A stretch of DNA of 61,114 nt, the filler included, from Barthelona sp. PAP020 (Eukaryota): the NCBI GenBank assembly GCA_040182905.1. It is 9 parts of 9 records of this genome, joined end to end, with 100 filler letters (N's around TTAATTAATTAA, not from the genome) between each part and the next. Parts side by side here need not be neighbours in the genome. Positions count along the whole stretch, not along the records: positions 20,574 to 27,289 come from JARQWU010000535.1; positions 27,390 to 34,103 come from JARQWU010000536.1; 7 more parts are not named here. One strand, 5' to 3'. The notes below the pieces were generated by a model. It was given only the letters and a program-made list of their open reading frames with translations, was not told where the DNA came from and searched no databases. The position numbers were made by a program, and so were the translations under genes. Positions 20,574 through 32,675 of this stretch are shown here, piece after piece; within the stretch, counting starts at the first letter, position 1, and the number at the start of each line of letters is the position of its first letter.

Positions 20574-22861
20574 TTAGACAAAATCTGCTTGACAAAATCA
20601 CTAACCAAAGGATCAGCTTCTGTTACAAGACTCATTGCTTCTTCTTTATCCAATATAACGTCTTTCTCTCCTCTGTTTACTAGTTCTTCCAAAATTGGCA
20701 ATGTGGCAGCATGAGCAGGAAGAGAAGATGGAACTTTTTCAGGGAAATCAGGTACATGAGAAGATAAACCGGGTCTAATATCAGTGTTGCACATTGTTTG
20801 ACTGTTAACCTCAATGACTTTCCAACTGCCGTTCAATTCTTTGAAAACTTTTGTTGGGTCGACAATTTCCTCCACAACCTCATCATTTTCATTCGTCTCA
20901 ACCTTTGCTTGAGGAGGCAAAGGTTCTTCATGATACCAAGGAATATGAAACAAGTCTTTGTCAATCTCAACAGGATTAAGTTTGTCAAGGTTAATACTGC
21001 TTTCAACAACAAAATCTTCAATATTTTCACTTAAATAACTATGTTGGAATGTAAAAGCAACAGAACCAATTGAAACCAAATTGAGAAGATTCAGCAATGA
21101 TGTTTCATTTTTATGAGGCAATTTTTGCATTTTTAGAACGTATTCAATGTCATCTTCATTAGGGTACACAAGAAAACCAGTTTTTTCCAATTTTCTTAAA
21201 AATACATGAGGAGCTGAATATTCTTGAAGATGCTTAACCTGTCTTCCCTTTGGATGAACTAATTTAACACCTTTATGACATACATGCATTTCAATCCATT
21301 CTCCCATGTATTGATAATCACACATATTCTTCAAACACTCTTCTTCATCAAATTCTTTTAAAAATAATGTGATAGCAACCGTAGGTCCATCATCTGAATC
21401 AGAGGCCACCGGACCAACACGCCAATTTCTGTAAGGTAAGTCTGCAGTTTTTTCCATAACGTAGGCAAATGTACCCAATCTCATTGTTTCAAACGCTTCA
21501 TTTTCAGGTCTTTTGGAGTCATTTGCTTGAGTTAAAGAAAAAGATGTCCAACGATCATTTGTAAAATTGGATATTGAAGCAGATACTCTGCTAACTACAT
21601 TTGTAAATTTGGGAATAGATATAGTAATGGGTACATCCTTATTTGAAGGAATTTTTTGATCATCATTCATCGAAGGTGTACCAATCCTTTCTGCATGTTC
21701 AGGTCCAGGAGTACTTGGATTTGATGTTGGTGTTTCGCGACCGCTTTCACTTGCTGAGTTGCGTTTATGTTGTTTTGCTCTTGATCCAGGTCTCCTTCTG
21801 CTACTGGAAGCGGATTCTTTGGCAACAGCAGAATCTAATGTTCTTCTTACACGTGTTTGTTTGGGAGGATAAGGAACACATACAATTTCAGTTAAAACTT
21901 TGGTCACTTCTCTTATTGTCCAATTTGATAGCTTCTTTGGAGGATCAGCTAATTGAATGATATCAACAGAGTAACAAGGACCAAGAATGGCATAATCATC
22001 CAGTGATTTTTCGCGGATCTCGCGGGGTAAGAAGTCTTGAACAATAATTCTAATTGCAATATTAGCAAAAAGTAAAGCTTTTGCTGTTCCATATGGAGGA
22101 ATAAATACAGAACAACCAAGTTCAGGAAAATCGACAGAATCTAGACGTGCAGCATTACGACTGGTATTCAACCACAAACCAAACCCATAATTTGAATGCT
22201 TCCCATAAAATTCCTCAAAATTATTCTTTTGTTTCCATTCATACAGTAAAAATTGCTGATCATCATCAATTGTCAAATCAGATATCATGTCCAGTAAGAT
22301 TTCGTTTACTTTGTCCTCCATTGTTTTACATAATAAATTTCTCACATCTTTTAAATGCTGAAACATTGTTTGTTCATATGTATTGAACATATCGCTTTCA
22401 TAATCTAAAATACTTTGTATATAACAATCAAGCTTAAAAATATAATCAAAAAGAACTTCATAGTTCTTTTTATTAACATTAACATTGTTTAAAATATAAA
22501 TATATTCATTCACCTCACTTAATTTTTTTAAATCAACAACATTTAAACAATTTGAATAGTTTTTCCATTCCCTTCTCTCAAATTCTTGATTCCAAAAGTT
22601 CAAAATGTATTGCATTCGAGTATTTAAAAAATCAGTCTCGTTACTGATTTCTAATTTCAATCTCTCTGCATTTTCTTGAAATTCTCTTTCTTGTCTTTCT
22701 TTTAACATTTTTAATCTCAAAGCTTCTTCCTCTGCTTCTTGTTGTTTCCTCAACTCTTCTGCAGCTTTGCGTTCAGCTTCTAATGTTGCTTGCTCTTCTT
22801 TTTTTAACTTTGCTTTCTGCGCTTTCGTTAATCTGCGTCCATTACTTGAACGTGGTGGCAT
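20574..22861 (-). CDS. DNAI7: Axonemal dynein-associated CASC1/DNAI7 (IC97/CFAP94) homolog, 3' truncated
   Basis: MPP...LTKAQK charged N-terminus, EWKNYSNC...EVNEYI and LGTFAYVMEKTADLPYRNWRV motifs; runs into the spacer. Confidence 0.75.
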
Positions 22862-23151
22862 GTTTTTTTTAAAAAAAAAAATCTTTCTTTTTTTCAAAAT
22901 GAATTTTATAATATTTTGGGTAAATCCACAAACTTACAATGATATAAATAGTGAAATAAGATCAAATAAACAAAAAATTTACAAAAAAAAATTTATCTTC
23001 ATCAAAATTCTTATAAAAAGAATCTATAAAACCCTATAATTAACAAATTAACAAATATACAATTCAAAGATATCAACTATATATTATAAACGAAAAAAAA
23101 CAAACAGACTAAAACACAAAAAAATAGAAAACGATAACAACAAACAAAAAA

Positions 23152-25155
23152 TCAATCATAAATGAAACAATCATAAAATTCATCTGTTTCTTCACCATCA
23201 AACATTACTTCTAAAGAAGAATCATTGTGCAGATTATATTTTTCGATGATAATTTCCAAAATTTTGTTTTCTTCAGATTTAGATAATTCATCACCATCAT
23301 TTAAATATTCAAAACCATACCATAAATAAACAACTGTTGGTATATTATTATTAACAGAATTTTCAACAATAATGAAAATAGAATCTCCTTCTAAATCATC
23401 CAATTCAAACAAAGGCTGATCATCATACAATATTTCTTCATAAGAGGGGAACTTGATTAATCTTGGAACAAGCACTTTTTGAATTTTAACTTCTTTATCA
23501 TTTGATTCAGGTAATTCATTGAAGGAGTTCATTTTAGAACCATGATAACGATTGAATTGAACTTCTTCATGATCTTCCAATGTTGAAGGGTTTGTAATGG
23601 CTTCTATTTCATCAAATATAAAAGCTTTTTTGTCCTTTTGACCATCAGACAAATCTATTGCAGGACTTTTTGGTGGTTCAATATTAACAGTGCCTTTTTT
23701 TTCAGAAAAAAACAAGTCATCTGAATTATCTGAGGAAAGTAACGAAATATCAGTGGGTTTGATCTCAGTTTCACAATCTTCAATTAAAACATGTTCTTTT
23801 AATTCACCTTTATCTTCATCTTTATCACATTCTGACAAGGGTTGTAATTCCACCTCTTTGTAAGAAGTGTATCCTTCAATGAAAGTCGAATAATTAATTT
23901 CAATGGCTTTCTCAAGAGAACATAAATTAATATGATCCACCTCATCATAACAGTCCACTTTACAATCATGTATGATCTTTTCTAACACATTCAATTGGAA
24001 TGCAAATCCTAAGTTAGGTCGAGCAATAGATCGTATTGTCTTTATGTGCCTGTATGCATTTTCATAACTGTAACCAAATCGTATCATCAAGATTCCAATA
24101 ATGACAGAGACTGATCTAGAAACGCCTTGAGAACAATGAACAAGCAATTTCCCATGTTCGGATTTCATGCTATCAAAAAACTCAATGCTCTCACAAACAA
24201 TTTTGAGTATGTAAACTTCAGGATCATCAGCAATCCAAAATTGTTTATATGTGAAATCGTTTGGATAAACTTCACCAATAATCATAGGCGCCAAATTTAT
24301 TATGTGTGTTATCCCTTCAGCTTTTAATTGTCCCAATTTCCTTACAGGATTAGAACCACTAACATAGAGATCAGGCAATATCTTAGACAATAAATCTTGA
24401 TTATAGTGGACTTTTTTCCTTTGGTCTAATTGAATTTGATCAGATTCACTGATTCTAAAACGTCTATCTGATGATGGAATCGACAACTCTAAATTGAGTG
24501 ATGCATTTTTTTTATTCTCATTGTCTATGCTCGACAAATTTAATCTTACATTCGTGTCACGACTAAATGATGGATGCGAATCTCTTCTGCCTTTGGTAAC
24601 CCAATTGTTGTTTTTTTGATTTTTTTCATCAAAAGATTTTCCATTTGATTGAATTTCATCAAATAATAACTTTTTCTTAGATTCTTCTTTGTTATCAACA
24701 GAATCAAAAGCAATATGTTTTTGTTGTTTTGAATTTTTTCTAACATTAATAATTTGAGAGCTTAGATAATCATATGTAACAGTTTCACTATTATCCAATA
24801 AAATAGTAATAACACTTTCAGAAACATGATCAAAATCAATAGGAGAAGCCTCAACAATCAAATCAACGCATTCAAGTGATTCAAGATTATCAAAAGTAAT
24901 GTATAAAAATTGTTTTGTGGTGGTAAGAATGCCCACAAGTTTCTAAAAATTAGTGAAAAGCTCAAAATAATATAAAAATACATTTTTGAACCATTTGATA
25001 CATTTACATTGTGTATCTAAATGTTTTGTGGGTGCTTGTTGAAAAATAATTTCTTGGCTTTCAATATCATGAATTTTAACTTTCAAATCTGCAGAAACGG
25101 TCACAAAATACTGTAAACTCGGACTAAAACAGTATTGATAACCTTGAAAAGTCAT
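23152..25155 (-). CDS. Dual-specificity phosphatase (MKP1-like) with N-terminal WD40 (WDR43-like) blades and C-terminal gelsolin-like domain
   Basis: Exons 25155-24982 and 24942-23152; active-site VHCSQGVSRS, ARPNLGF; C-terminal VYLWYG...VMFDGEETDEFYDCF gelsolin-like segment. Confidence 0.82.
24943..24981 (-). other. Spliceosomal intron (39 nt)
   Basis: GTATTT...ACTAATTTTTAG; its terminal TAG is an in-frame stop; removal fuses the upstream ORF to the 594-aa ORF. Confidence 0.85.
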
Positions 25156-25647
25156 TAGGAATTTAAAAAAAATCAAATGTGCAACAATAATATTGAAAAG
25201 TAACCTATTTCCTTTGCATAATTTATACAAACATTGTTAATTTGGCTGCTGAATTTTCTAATATTGAATAAATTTTAAATCCTATCTGAAATTTTTCTTT
25301 TTTCCTTCTTTTGATTGGTTTGAATTGTCCCTCAAAAGTCTCATAAAAAATTATAAAGGCTACAGAACAAATTCTCAAACGTTAAAACTTGAACAAACAA
25401 ACTTCAACATCAACAGAATATATAGTTTATACAGTCCCAAAGGTAAAAAAATATGTCAAAACATTCACAAAAAATGGCAAATTAGTTATTTCAAGAACAA
25501 GAAAGAAACTCTCAAAATAAAAACAAAACAAAGAGGAAACCATTGAAAGTACCAACAGTTACATACTTTCAGCTGGAGAATAAATAAACAAGTTTATTTT
25601 GAAGAAAAAAAAACTTCAAAAAAAAAAAATCCATTTTTCAAATTTTA

Positions 25648-27289
25648 ATGCCATTAACAGATACAAATGCAGTTCTTTCATCTTGTGGACCCACAGGAAA
25701 GAGTGTTGGAGAACACTTGAGAGATGTTTTACAATTAATATTGACGACAAGACCAAATGATCCATTGGAATGTTTTGAATCAATTTCTTATTCTTTAAAA
25801 CCACCATCTCGTCGTATTGATACCGATGAAGATCCTGATTTTATTGCTTTAGAAGCAGAAAGAAAGAAGATTCAAAATCAAAAGGATTTATTATTGGAAG
25901 AAGCAAAAGCATATGATGCTGACATTGAAAAACAAAAAGAAGCTGCATCTAAAGAATCTAGAAATGGATCTGATGAAGAAGATGAAGAAAATGAAGATGA
26001 AGAAAAAGAATATTCCGATAATGAAAAAGAAGAAGAAGAAGAACATGATGATGAAAATGAGGAAGAGGAAGCCCAAATTGAAATTGATTATTCCACACTT
26101 CCAGATTTATTTAAGCAACATCATCTTTTCAATCAATTTGGTTCTGGACTTTGTCAAAAGGAAGTTTCTCTTTTATTACAGAGCATTGGTCTTTTGGGAA
26201 GTTCAATGGAATTTTCATCAATTCGTTTCTTTGGTAAAGTTACAACAACATCAAAACCTTATTACATTTTGGAGACAATACCATCTGATGGATTTGATGC
26301 TTTATATCCTGAACCTGAAGAGGAAGAAGATGATGAACAAGAAAAAGCTGAACATGATGAAGAAGAAGAGGAGAGTGAATGGAAAGTTCCAAACAAAGCT
26401 CCTTGGGAAGAACCAAAAATCCCAAATGAAGAAGCAGGTACTGGGGCTAACATGTACGCCTATTTTTATTTGCAAGATTTAGGATTAGACGCTGGCAAAC
26501 TTGCTCGTAAAAATGGATCTCAAACATATGGTTGGAAAGTCTTACCTATGGTTACACCAAAGATGATCATGCTTTCAAAAAGTTGTAACACATTATTGAG
26601 AGGTACTGAAGGTACAATTAGAACGTTTTTAGGAAATTTAAGCGAATTTGAATATTTGAGAGGACTAATTGCTCGTATTGTTCATTCTACAGTTTTATGC
26701 CCTCGTGGATTTTTTGTTGAACCTGAACCTGAAGAAGAAGAGGATGAAGAGGATGAAAATGCTTATCGAGGACCAGAAGAATTTAAACCGGTTCGTCCTG
26801 TTGATGTTGATGTGCCTATTGATTTTGAATTAGAAGAAAATGAAGAATTCAATGGCATTTCTGTAAAAGAATTTGATTTTGACAATATTTTGGATTCGAC
26901 TGAAAAGATATTAGCTAAATTGGTACACAGGTTACCTTTGTTATTAAAACAAGGCCGTGTGGACTTTTATACCAACGAAGAAGAAGAGGAAGAAGAGGAG
27001 GCTGAGCCTGAAGATGATGAAGATGAACAACCAAAGAAGAAGCCCACCACAGAAACTCCATTGAAGATTGAAAAAGAAATCAACAGAGGTGCTTTAAGAA
27101 GAATCATCATGGATAATGGATATAAATTGCCCCTTTTGTGGAGAACTTGTATTTTGAAATCCAGATTACCTCATAGCCCTGTTTTTGTCTCTTCTTTAAG
27201 ATGGCCTGGTGCATGTCATATTTCTTTTGAAAGAACATTCTTCAATTGTTATATTGGTAATGGTTTACCATATTCTCCAGTTGGTGTTG
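25648..27289 (+). CDS. Radial spoke head protein 4/6 family, 3' truncated
   Basis: SVGEHLRDVLQLILTTRPNDPL, IRFFGK, EEAGTGANMYAYF, YLRGLIARI, SLRWPGA; several Glu/Asp-rich insertions. Confidence 0.9.
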
Positions 27290-27414
27290 NNNNNNNNNNN
27301 NNNNNNNNNNNNNNNNNNNNNNNNNNNNNNNNNTTAATTAATTAANNNNNNNNNNNNNNNNNNNNNNNNNNNNNNNNNNNNNNNNNNNNATCAGACGAGC
27401 GTTCGCATATAAAA

Positions 27415-27428
27415 TCCCTCAATTCCCC
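27415..27428 (-). repeat. Dispersed repeat, module C fragment at contig start
   Basis: TCCCTCAATTCCCC is the exact reverse complement of 13997-14010, with looser flanking similarity (GAnCGTTC...ATAT). Confidence 0.5.
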
Positions 27429-27718
27429 CACCCCCACGGATGGTTTAATGAAGTCATAAATAAAATAAAAAAATTTAACAACGGAAAAACTCTTTTAAAA
27501 TATTTATTTATGTTTAGTGTGATAAACTTTTTTGTATTCAACAGAATATGGTATATAATTAAATGATTATAATGCAAGTATTTTGACTGTGATTAAGACA
27601 ATTTTTTTTTTCTTTTTTTTTTGAAAAGTTAAATGAAATGCATTTTTGATTATTGTTGTTCAGAAAATTCTTTTCTTATCTTTTTTCATTTTATTCACAT
27701 ATTTTAACAAATTTAATT

Positions 27719-29350
27719 CTATTTGCTTAAAATTCTTTGAAGATCTTCCAAACAAAATTTAAATACTTCCAATTTTGCTTTGGCCAAATCTGAAGTGCTT
27801 GATTCTTCTGTTAATAACTCAATTTCTTTTGTCCAATCAGTCATAACCTTTTCAATCTTATCCAAATAACTCTTATTATTGTTGAAAGAACTTTTTTTGT
27901 TGAAAGGTGAAGGACCAAGCCCTGGAGATAAAGGACTCAATCGAGGAGATATTGGACCCATTTTAGGTGAAAGTGGTGTCATCCTAGGTGAAGATAATGG
28001 TGCTAAACTGGGACTTTGTAAACTTAAAGGATTCATCCTTGGTGAAGCCTCAATGATTGGTGAAATAACAGTTGAACTAGCATCAGAAAAGTTACGGGCT
28101 AGAAATACAGGAGAATCTAAACTCTTTTTAGCTTTATCTGCCCTTGTTTTGTTATTTTTTATTGCAGTTTCAATCAAATATAAATTCTCAGTATGAGCAT
28201 TAACAATTCTTTCCACTTCTTCTTTAGTTTTATTTGATAATTCATCATTTAATGGTGTTAAATCGTTTGCTTGAATGGTTAATGATTCAAGCTTACTTTT
28301 TTCAATTGATAAAGCAAGATGCTCTGTTCCTACAATTCCTAATTTATTACTTCTCAGATCTAATCTCCTTAAATTACAATTTGGAAGAACTGCTGCCAAT
28401 GCAGCAACATCTTCAGCTGTTAAACCACACTTGGACAATCCCAACCCTCTTAATGAATGATGGCTTGATATTAATTGTGCTAATAATGGCCCAGATTCAT
28501 TACTTAAATCATTGCAACCAATATCTAAAACTATCAACAAGGTGTTATTAATTGCAGATATTATGGGACGCAAGCCAAAGGCAGTTATTCCACAATTATA
28601 AAGAGTTAACCCAGTTAAAGGCAAATGACTCAGTTCTTTGCAAATGACACCAACTCCCGCATCACCAAAATTGTTGTCATGAAACGCTATATGTTTGATG
28701 AAACTGGAACCACTTATATTTAAAAGTAACGTTTCTAACTGTTCTACTTGCAGATTACAATCACAAAAGAAAATTTCCTTAATTTTAGATTCCCCAACAT
28801 TATTCAAAAAAGAGTTCCAACTATTTGTTTTGGAAGTTAAAGACATGTCTAAATTCTTGAATTTTAATGTTCTAAGAGTGCATTGAGGATGTACTATTGC
28901 TTTCGCAAACATTTCACCTGCATGTTGTAATTGAGGATTATTTTCCAAATAGATTTGCTTTAGTGTGGGTGTTTTAACCATAATAGCACTTATGTAAGGT
29001 ATGGAATCATTTGATAAATTACAATCACTAAAAATTAAGATTTCAATTTTTAAAGTGATCAAAGGCTCAAATAAGGTTTTAATAATATGTGTGTTTAAAT
29101 TGGTATCGGAAAAATCTAATTTTTTAAACGTTCTTAACCTCAATAACAAGGAGGATAAAACATGCAAATGAATTGTATTATTCAAACAATCATCTGTAAA
29201 TTTTAATTTGTAAGGTACAACATTATATTCTGCAAACCTTTCCAATTGTTGTAAAAGATCTTGACATGGGGCAATTTTGTTTTGACGACATTGTTGCAAA
29301 TATGTTGCCAATACATATCCGGCTGACATATCAACCTTATCATTTTTCAT
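27719..29350 (-). CDS. RNI-like LRR protein, PPP1R37-like
   Basis: YLQQC...PCQDLLQQL N-terminus, LRRs (LDLRSNKLGIVG, FHDNNFGDAG), SP-rich heptad repeats near the C-terminus; first ATG at 29350. Confidence 0.75.
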   Translation of the reverse strand: MKNDKVDMSAGYVLATYLQQCRQNKIAPCQDLLQQLERFAEYNVVPYKLKFTDDCLNNTIHLHVLSSLLLRLRTFKKLDFSDTNLNTHIIKTLFEPLITLKIEILIFSDCNLSNDSIPYISAIMVKTPTLKQIYLENNPQLQHAGEMFAKAIVHPQCTLRTLKFKNLDMSLTSKTNSWNSFLNNVGESKIKEIFFCDCNLQVEQLETLLLNISGSSFIKHIAFHDNNFGDAGVGVICKELSHLPLTGLTLYNCGITAFGLRPIISAINNTLLIVLDIGCNDLSNESGPLLAQLISSHHSLRGLGLSKCGLTAEDVAALAAVLPNCNLRRLDLRSNKLGIVGTEHLALSIEKSKLESLTIQANDLTPLNDELSNKTKEEVERIVNAHTENLYLIETAIKNNKTRADKAKKSLDSPVFLARNFSDASSTVISPIIEASPRMNPLSLQSPSLAPLSSPRMTPLSPKMGPISPRLSPLSPGLGPSPFNKKSSFNNNKSYLDKIEKVMTDWTKEIELLTEESSTSDLAKAKLEVFKFCLEDLQRILSK

Positions 29351-29577
29351 ACTCGATAAGGTTTGTTTAATTGCCAAATCCAACAAAAAAAAATTTCAAA
29401 TCATTTTTATGAAAGAATCACTTTGATCACAAACAAACAGAAAAAATGAAATGAAAACATTTGTAAAAATATTTATAGAATAAATTTCAAGGAATTATGA
29501 AATTTCAAAAGAAAAAAAAAGAAAACTCAAGAACAATCAATTAATGACACAAAACAATAATACAGTGTACAAAATCA

Positions 29578-30914
29578 TTATTTATGTCTTGAAAATACAG
29601 CAACTCTTTGTCTAGAATTTCTTGAAACACCACGTCTTGTGAAGGAATTTTGTCCAACTCCCATTCTTCTAAGCATTTGTCTGGTAGATTCAATTGCAGA
29701 TTTCATTTGATCTTTTTGAGAACGTTGTGAACCAGCACTGTTATTTCGATTATTATTCTTCTTTGATGACTGAAATTTCTTTTGTGGAGTTTCTTGTTCT
29801 TCCTCTTCTTCTACAATAGCTTCTTCAACCACAGGTTGTTGTGCATTTGATTTTCTATCTCGAACACTGTTATATTGAGCAGCATTTGTTCCAGAATGAT
29901 GTGAAACATTATTCTTTTGATTCAACTCTAAACCTTGTGGAACATTTGTAGCAATGTTCAAATTATCCCAATCAAAAGCACCATCTAATTTAATATTCTC
30001 TCTTTCAGCCAGGTTTACAAAAAGATTTTCTAAATATCCATAATCTGGATCTTCCTCAAACGACAACACATATGTGTAATTCATAAAAATAACAAATTCA
30101 ACAGGCAAACCTCTGCACAAGAATTCTGTCGGAGTAGCCATTTTTCGTTCAGAAATTTTCTGATATTTTTGTCTTTTTGTTGTTGCTTTTAGGTTTTGCC
30201 AAGGTAATTGTCCACGTAAAAAATAAACAATTACGTATCCCAATGACATCAAGTCATCTCGTCGAGATTGCTCAATTCCTCGGTGTGTATTGATAGAAGC
30301 ATATCTAGCAGTACCACATAATGCTTTATCATCTCTATACTCAATATGAACTCCATTAGGACTTCGATATTTCTTTGATAAACCAAAATCAATAACATAT
30401 ACAGTTTTTGCAGCACCTCCTATTCCAATCATAAAATTTTCTGGTTTTATATCTCTGTGTAAAAAATTGTGAGAATGTAATTCACGAATTCTTTGCAACA
30501 TTTGAATTGCTAATTGTATCACCGTTTTAAGGCTAAACCTACGATGACAAGATTCAAACAAATCCGCTAAAGAAGGACCCAAAAGATCCATGACTAAAAT
30601 ATTCATATCAACTTCTGATACAAATGAATATATATTAGGTACGCCAAAACAATCTGCCAACTCATTATACACCCTTTTTTCAAATAACAATTGAGGGGGC
30701 TTGTTATTCTTCAAAATTTCAAATTTTATTGCAACTTCTTTTCCAGTTTCTAAATCATAGCCTAAACATTAGTATAAAAACTATAGAAAAATAATTACCT
30801 GAATGGATTTCTCCAAACGAACCTGCTCCTAATTTTCTTCCAACACGGTATCTCCCTGATATTCTAAACGGTTAGTATTGATTTAAAGACACTTAATTAC
30901 AAATTTGGGACCAT
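29578..30914 (-). CDS. CK1: Casein kinase 1
   Basis: Exons 30914-30901, 30863-30799 and 30761-29578; MVPNLISGRYRVGRKLGAGSFGEI, LLGPSLADLF, HRDIKPENF, GTARYASIN, EQSRRDD. Confidence 0.96.
30762..30798 (-). other. Spliceosomal intron (37 nt), CK1 intron 2
   Basis: GTAATT...ACTAATGTTTAG; phase 1; restores GEIHSGYDLETGKEVAIK. Confidence 0.92.
30864..30900 (-). other. Spliceosomal intron (37 nt), CK1 intron 1
   Basis: GTAATT...ACTAACCGTTTAG; phase 2. Confidence 0.88.
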
Positions 30915-31106
30915 TTAACTGTGGAAAAACTCCATATGAGTAAAAAAATAATTGTGAAGGAGAAGTTCAATTTTGAAAATATTTTTTTGTTTAAATAATA
31001 TTTTATTATTATTTTTATGTGATTTTTATGAATTGAATTTGATTTAAAAAGAAGAAAAGAAAGAAAAAAAATAATTTATTTGAGTTTTGAACAGCTATTT
31101 TTATCA

Positions 31107-32567
31107 TCACAAAGGTAACATATGTCTACAAACAGGGCATTCTGGTCTGACTTCCATCCATCTTTGTAAACAATCTTCATGAAAAATGTGTTCACAAGGA
31201 GTGGCCATAAAATCATTCAACTCCAAGTCAATTCTTTGATGACAAATTCCACACGTCAGATTTTCAAGTCTTTCGTTTTGGATATCTGAAGGGATAATAG
31301 TATAATCAAATCTACTGTTAACACAACCAAAAACTTTGGCATTTTTGGTTAATTTTTGTAAAGTTAATAAAAATAGTGAAGTAAGTAACACTCCAGCACA
31401 AATATAAAACGAGGAATAATTCCTTCTATAATGAAAAATGTTGTTATCATAAAAATATATGTAGAAAACATACCACATTTTACACAGATGTTGACCAAAA
31501 TACACCGATAAAGGAATTGGTGCAATGTTTTCAATCATTAAATGATGAAATATTTGGAAAAATCCAAAACAACAGAAAATCACAACTAAAATCAATATAT
31601 GACCAAATAATATCAAGACTAAGGCAATTGCTGGAGTCAAATAAACCATAGTTCTTGTAAATGAACTGATATTTTCTTCATTTCTTAAAATATGGATCAC
31701 CAAATCCAACAGCAAATAATGTCCTAATAATGCTCCAATAAATGCCATGAGAAAGTATTTATCTCCAATTTTAAAGGATGTTAAACCTCCTGCAATAGCA
31801 TATATCAAAGATAAATACACATAAAACAATGATTGTAATCCAACATAACCAATATTCACATGTGTATATGCATTTCTAATTGAAGTCTTCAAATATTGAG
31901 CCAAAAACGTTTCAACAATCAAAATAACAAGACCAACAAGATAATAGTCAAACAATTTTCCTTCAAATATAGCAGGGTCAAGCTCTTGTGTGACAAAATC
32001 AAGGGTCAAATTTCCACAACTCTCAAAAACAATTTTCCCCAATAAACTACTATTTATTTGATTTTTATTGTAGGTACTATTAATAAACAGTTTACAAACA
32101 TTTTCTGGCGCAACAGATTCATTAAAATAAGGCAAAAAATATTTTGACAACCCATGGTAATTAGATGAATTAAAATCTTTTGTAATATTCGTAAAAATTT
32201 CAGTGAAAGAGAATGAAGGAATATAATAATCAGATGTAGAACCTAAACTAAACAATTGGTGTGTATCTGAATCAATCAAACCAATAAAATATATAGAAAC
32301 AGAATCATCATCAATGTACTGTCCATTGGTCAAAATGGCATTTCCTGAAAAAACAGTAATATTTTTAAAGGGAGAAAATGAATTGTATGATGATAATTTG
32401 AAACCAAATTCTATTGTACCATTAGAATTTGGAAAAAAAGTATTTTCCTCCCTTGAAATTACTTGAAAATCACCTCTAAACTCATCGGTTCGATAATGAG
32501 TCAAATTTAGATTCCCTGCATACACAGATCCAGTTAATATAAGAATAATAATGAATATTTTCAACAT
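31107..32567 (-). CDS. Transmembrane RING-H2 E3 ubiquitin ligase (Tul1/Dsc1/FLY-like)
   Basis: Signal peptide, luminal domain, about 7 TM helices, C-terminal CGIC...FMATPCEHIFHEDCLQRWMEVRPECPVCRHMLPL. Confidence 0.85.
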   Translation of the reverse strand: MLKIFIIILILTGSVYAGNLNLTHYRTDEFRGDFQVISREENTFFPNSNGTIEFGFKLSSYNSFSPFKNITVFSGNAILTNGQYIDDDSVSIYFIGLIDSDTHQLFSLGSTSDYYIPSFSFTEIFTNITKDFNSSNYHGLSKYFLPYFNESVAPENVCKLFINSTYNKNQINSSLLGKIVFESCGNLTLDFVTQELDPAIFEGKLFDYYLVGLVILIVETFLAQYLKTSIRNAYTHVNIGYVGLQSLFYVYLSLIYAIAGGLTSFKIGDKYFLMAFIGALLGHYLLLDLVIHILRNEENISSFTRTMVYLTPAIALVLILFGHILILVVIFCCFGFFQIFHHLMIENIAPIPLSVYFGQHLCKMWYVFYIYFYDNNIFHYRRNYSSFYICAGVLLTSLFLLTLQKLTKNAKVFGCVNSRFDYTIIPSDIQNERLENLTCGICHQRIDLELNDFMATPCEHIFHEDCLQRWMEVRPECPVCRHMLPL

Positions 32568-32675
32568 TAAGCACTCACTACATATAATACAAACACAAAT
32601 GGAAAGATAATAGGAAAGAAAATTTTTTTTTCTCCATCAAATCAATTTGTTTTTCCTTTCCAAACCATTTAAATA

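Noticed and set aside
25891..26482. Overlapping antisense and alternative-frame ORFs in acidic GAA-rich genes (also at 7266-7636, 41512-41735, 45003-45920)
   Set aside because: Shadow ORFs from low-complexity codon usage of the real genes.
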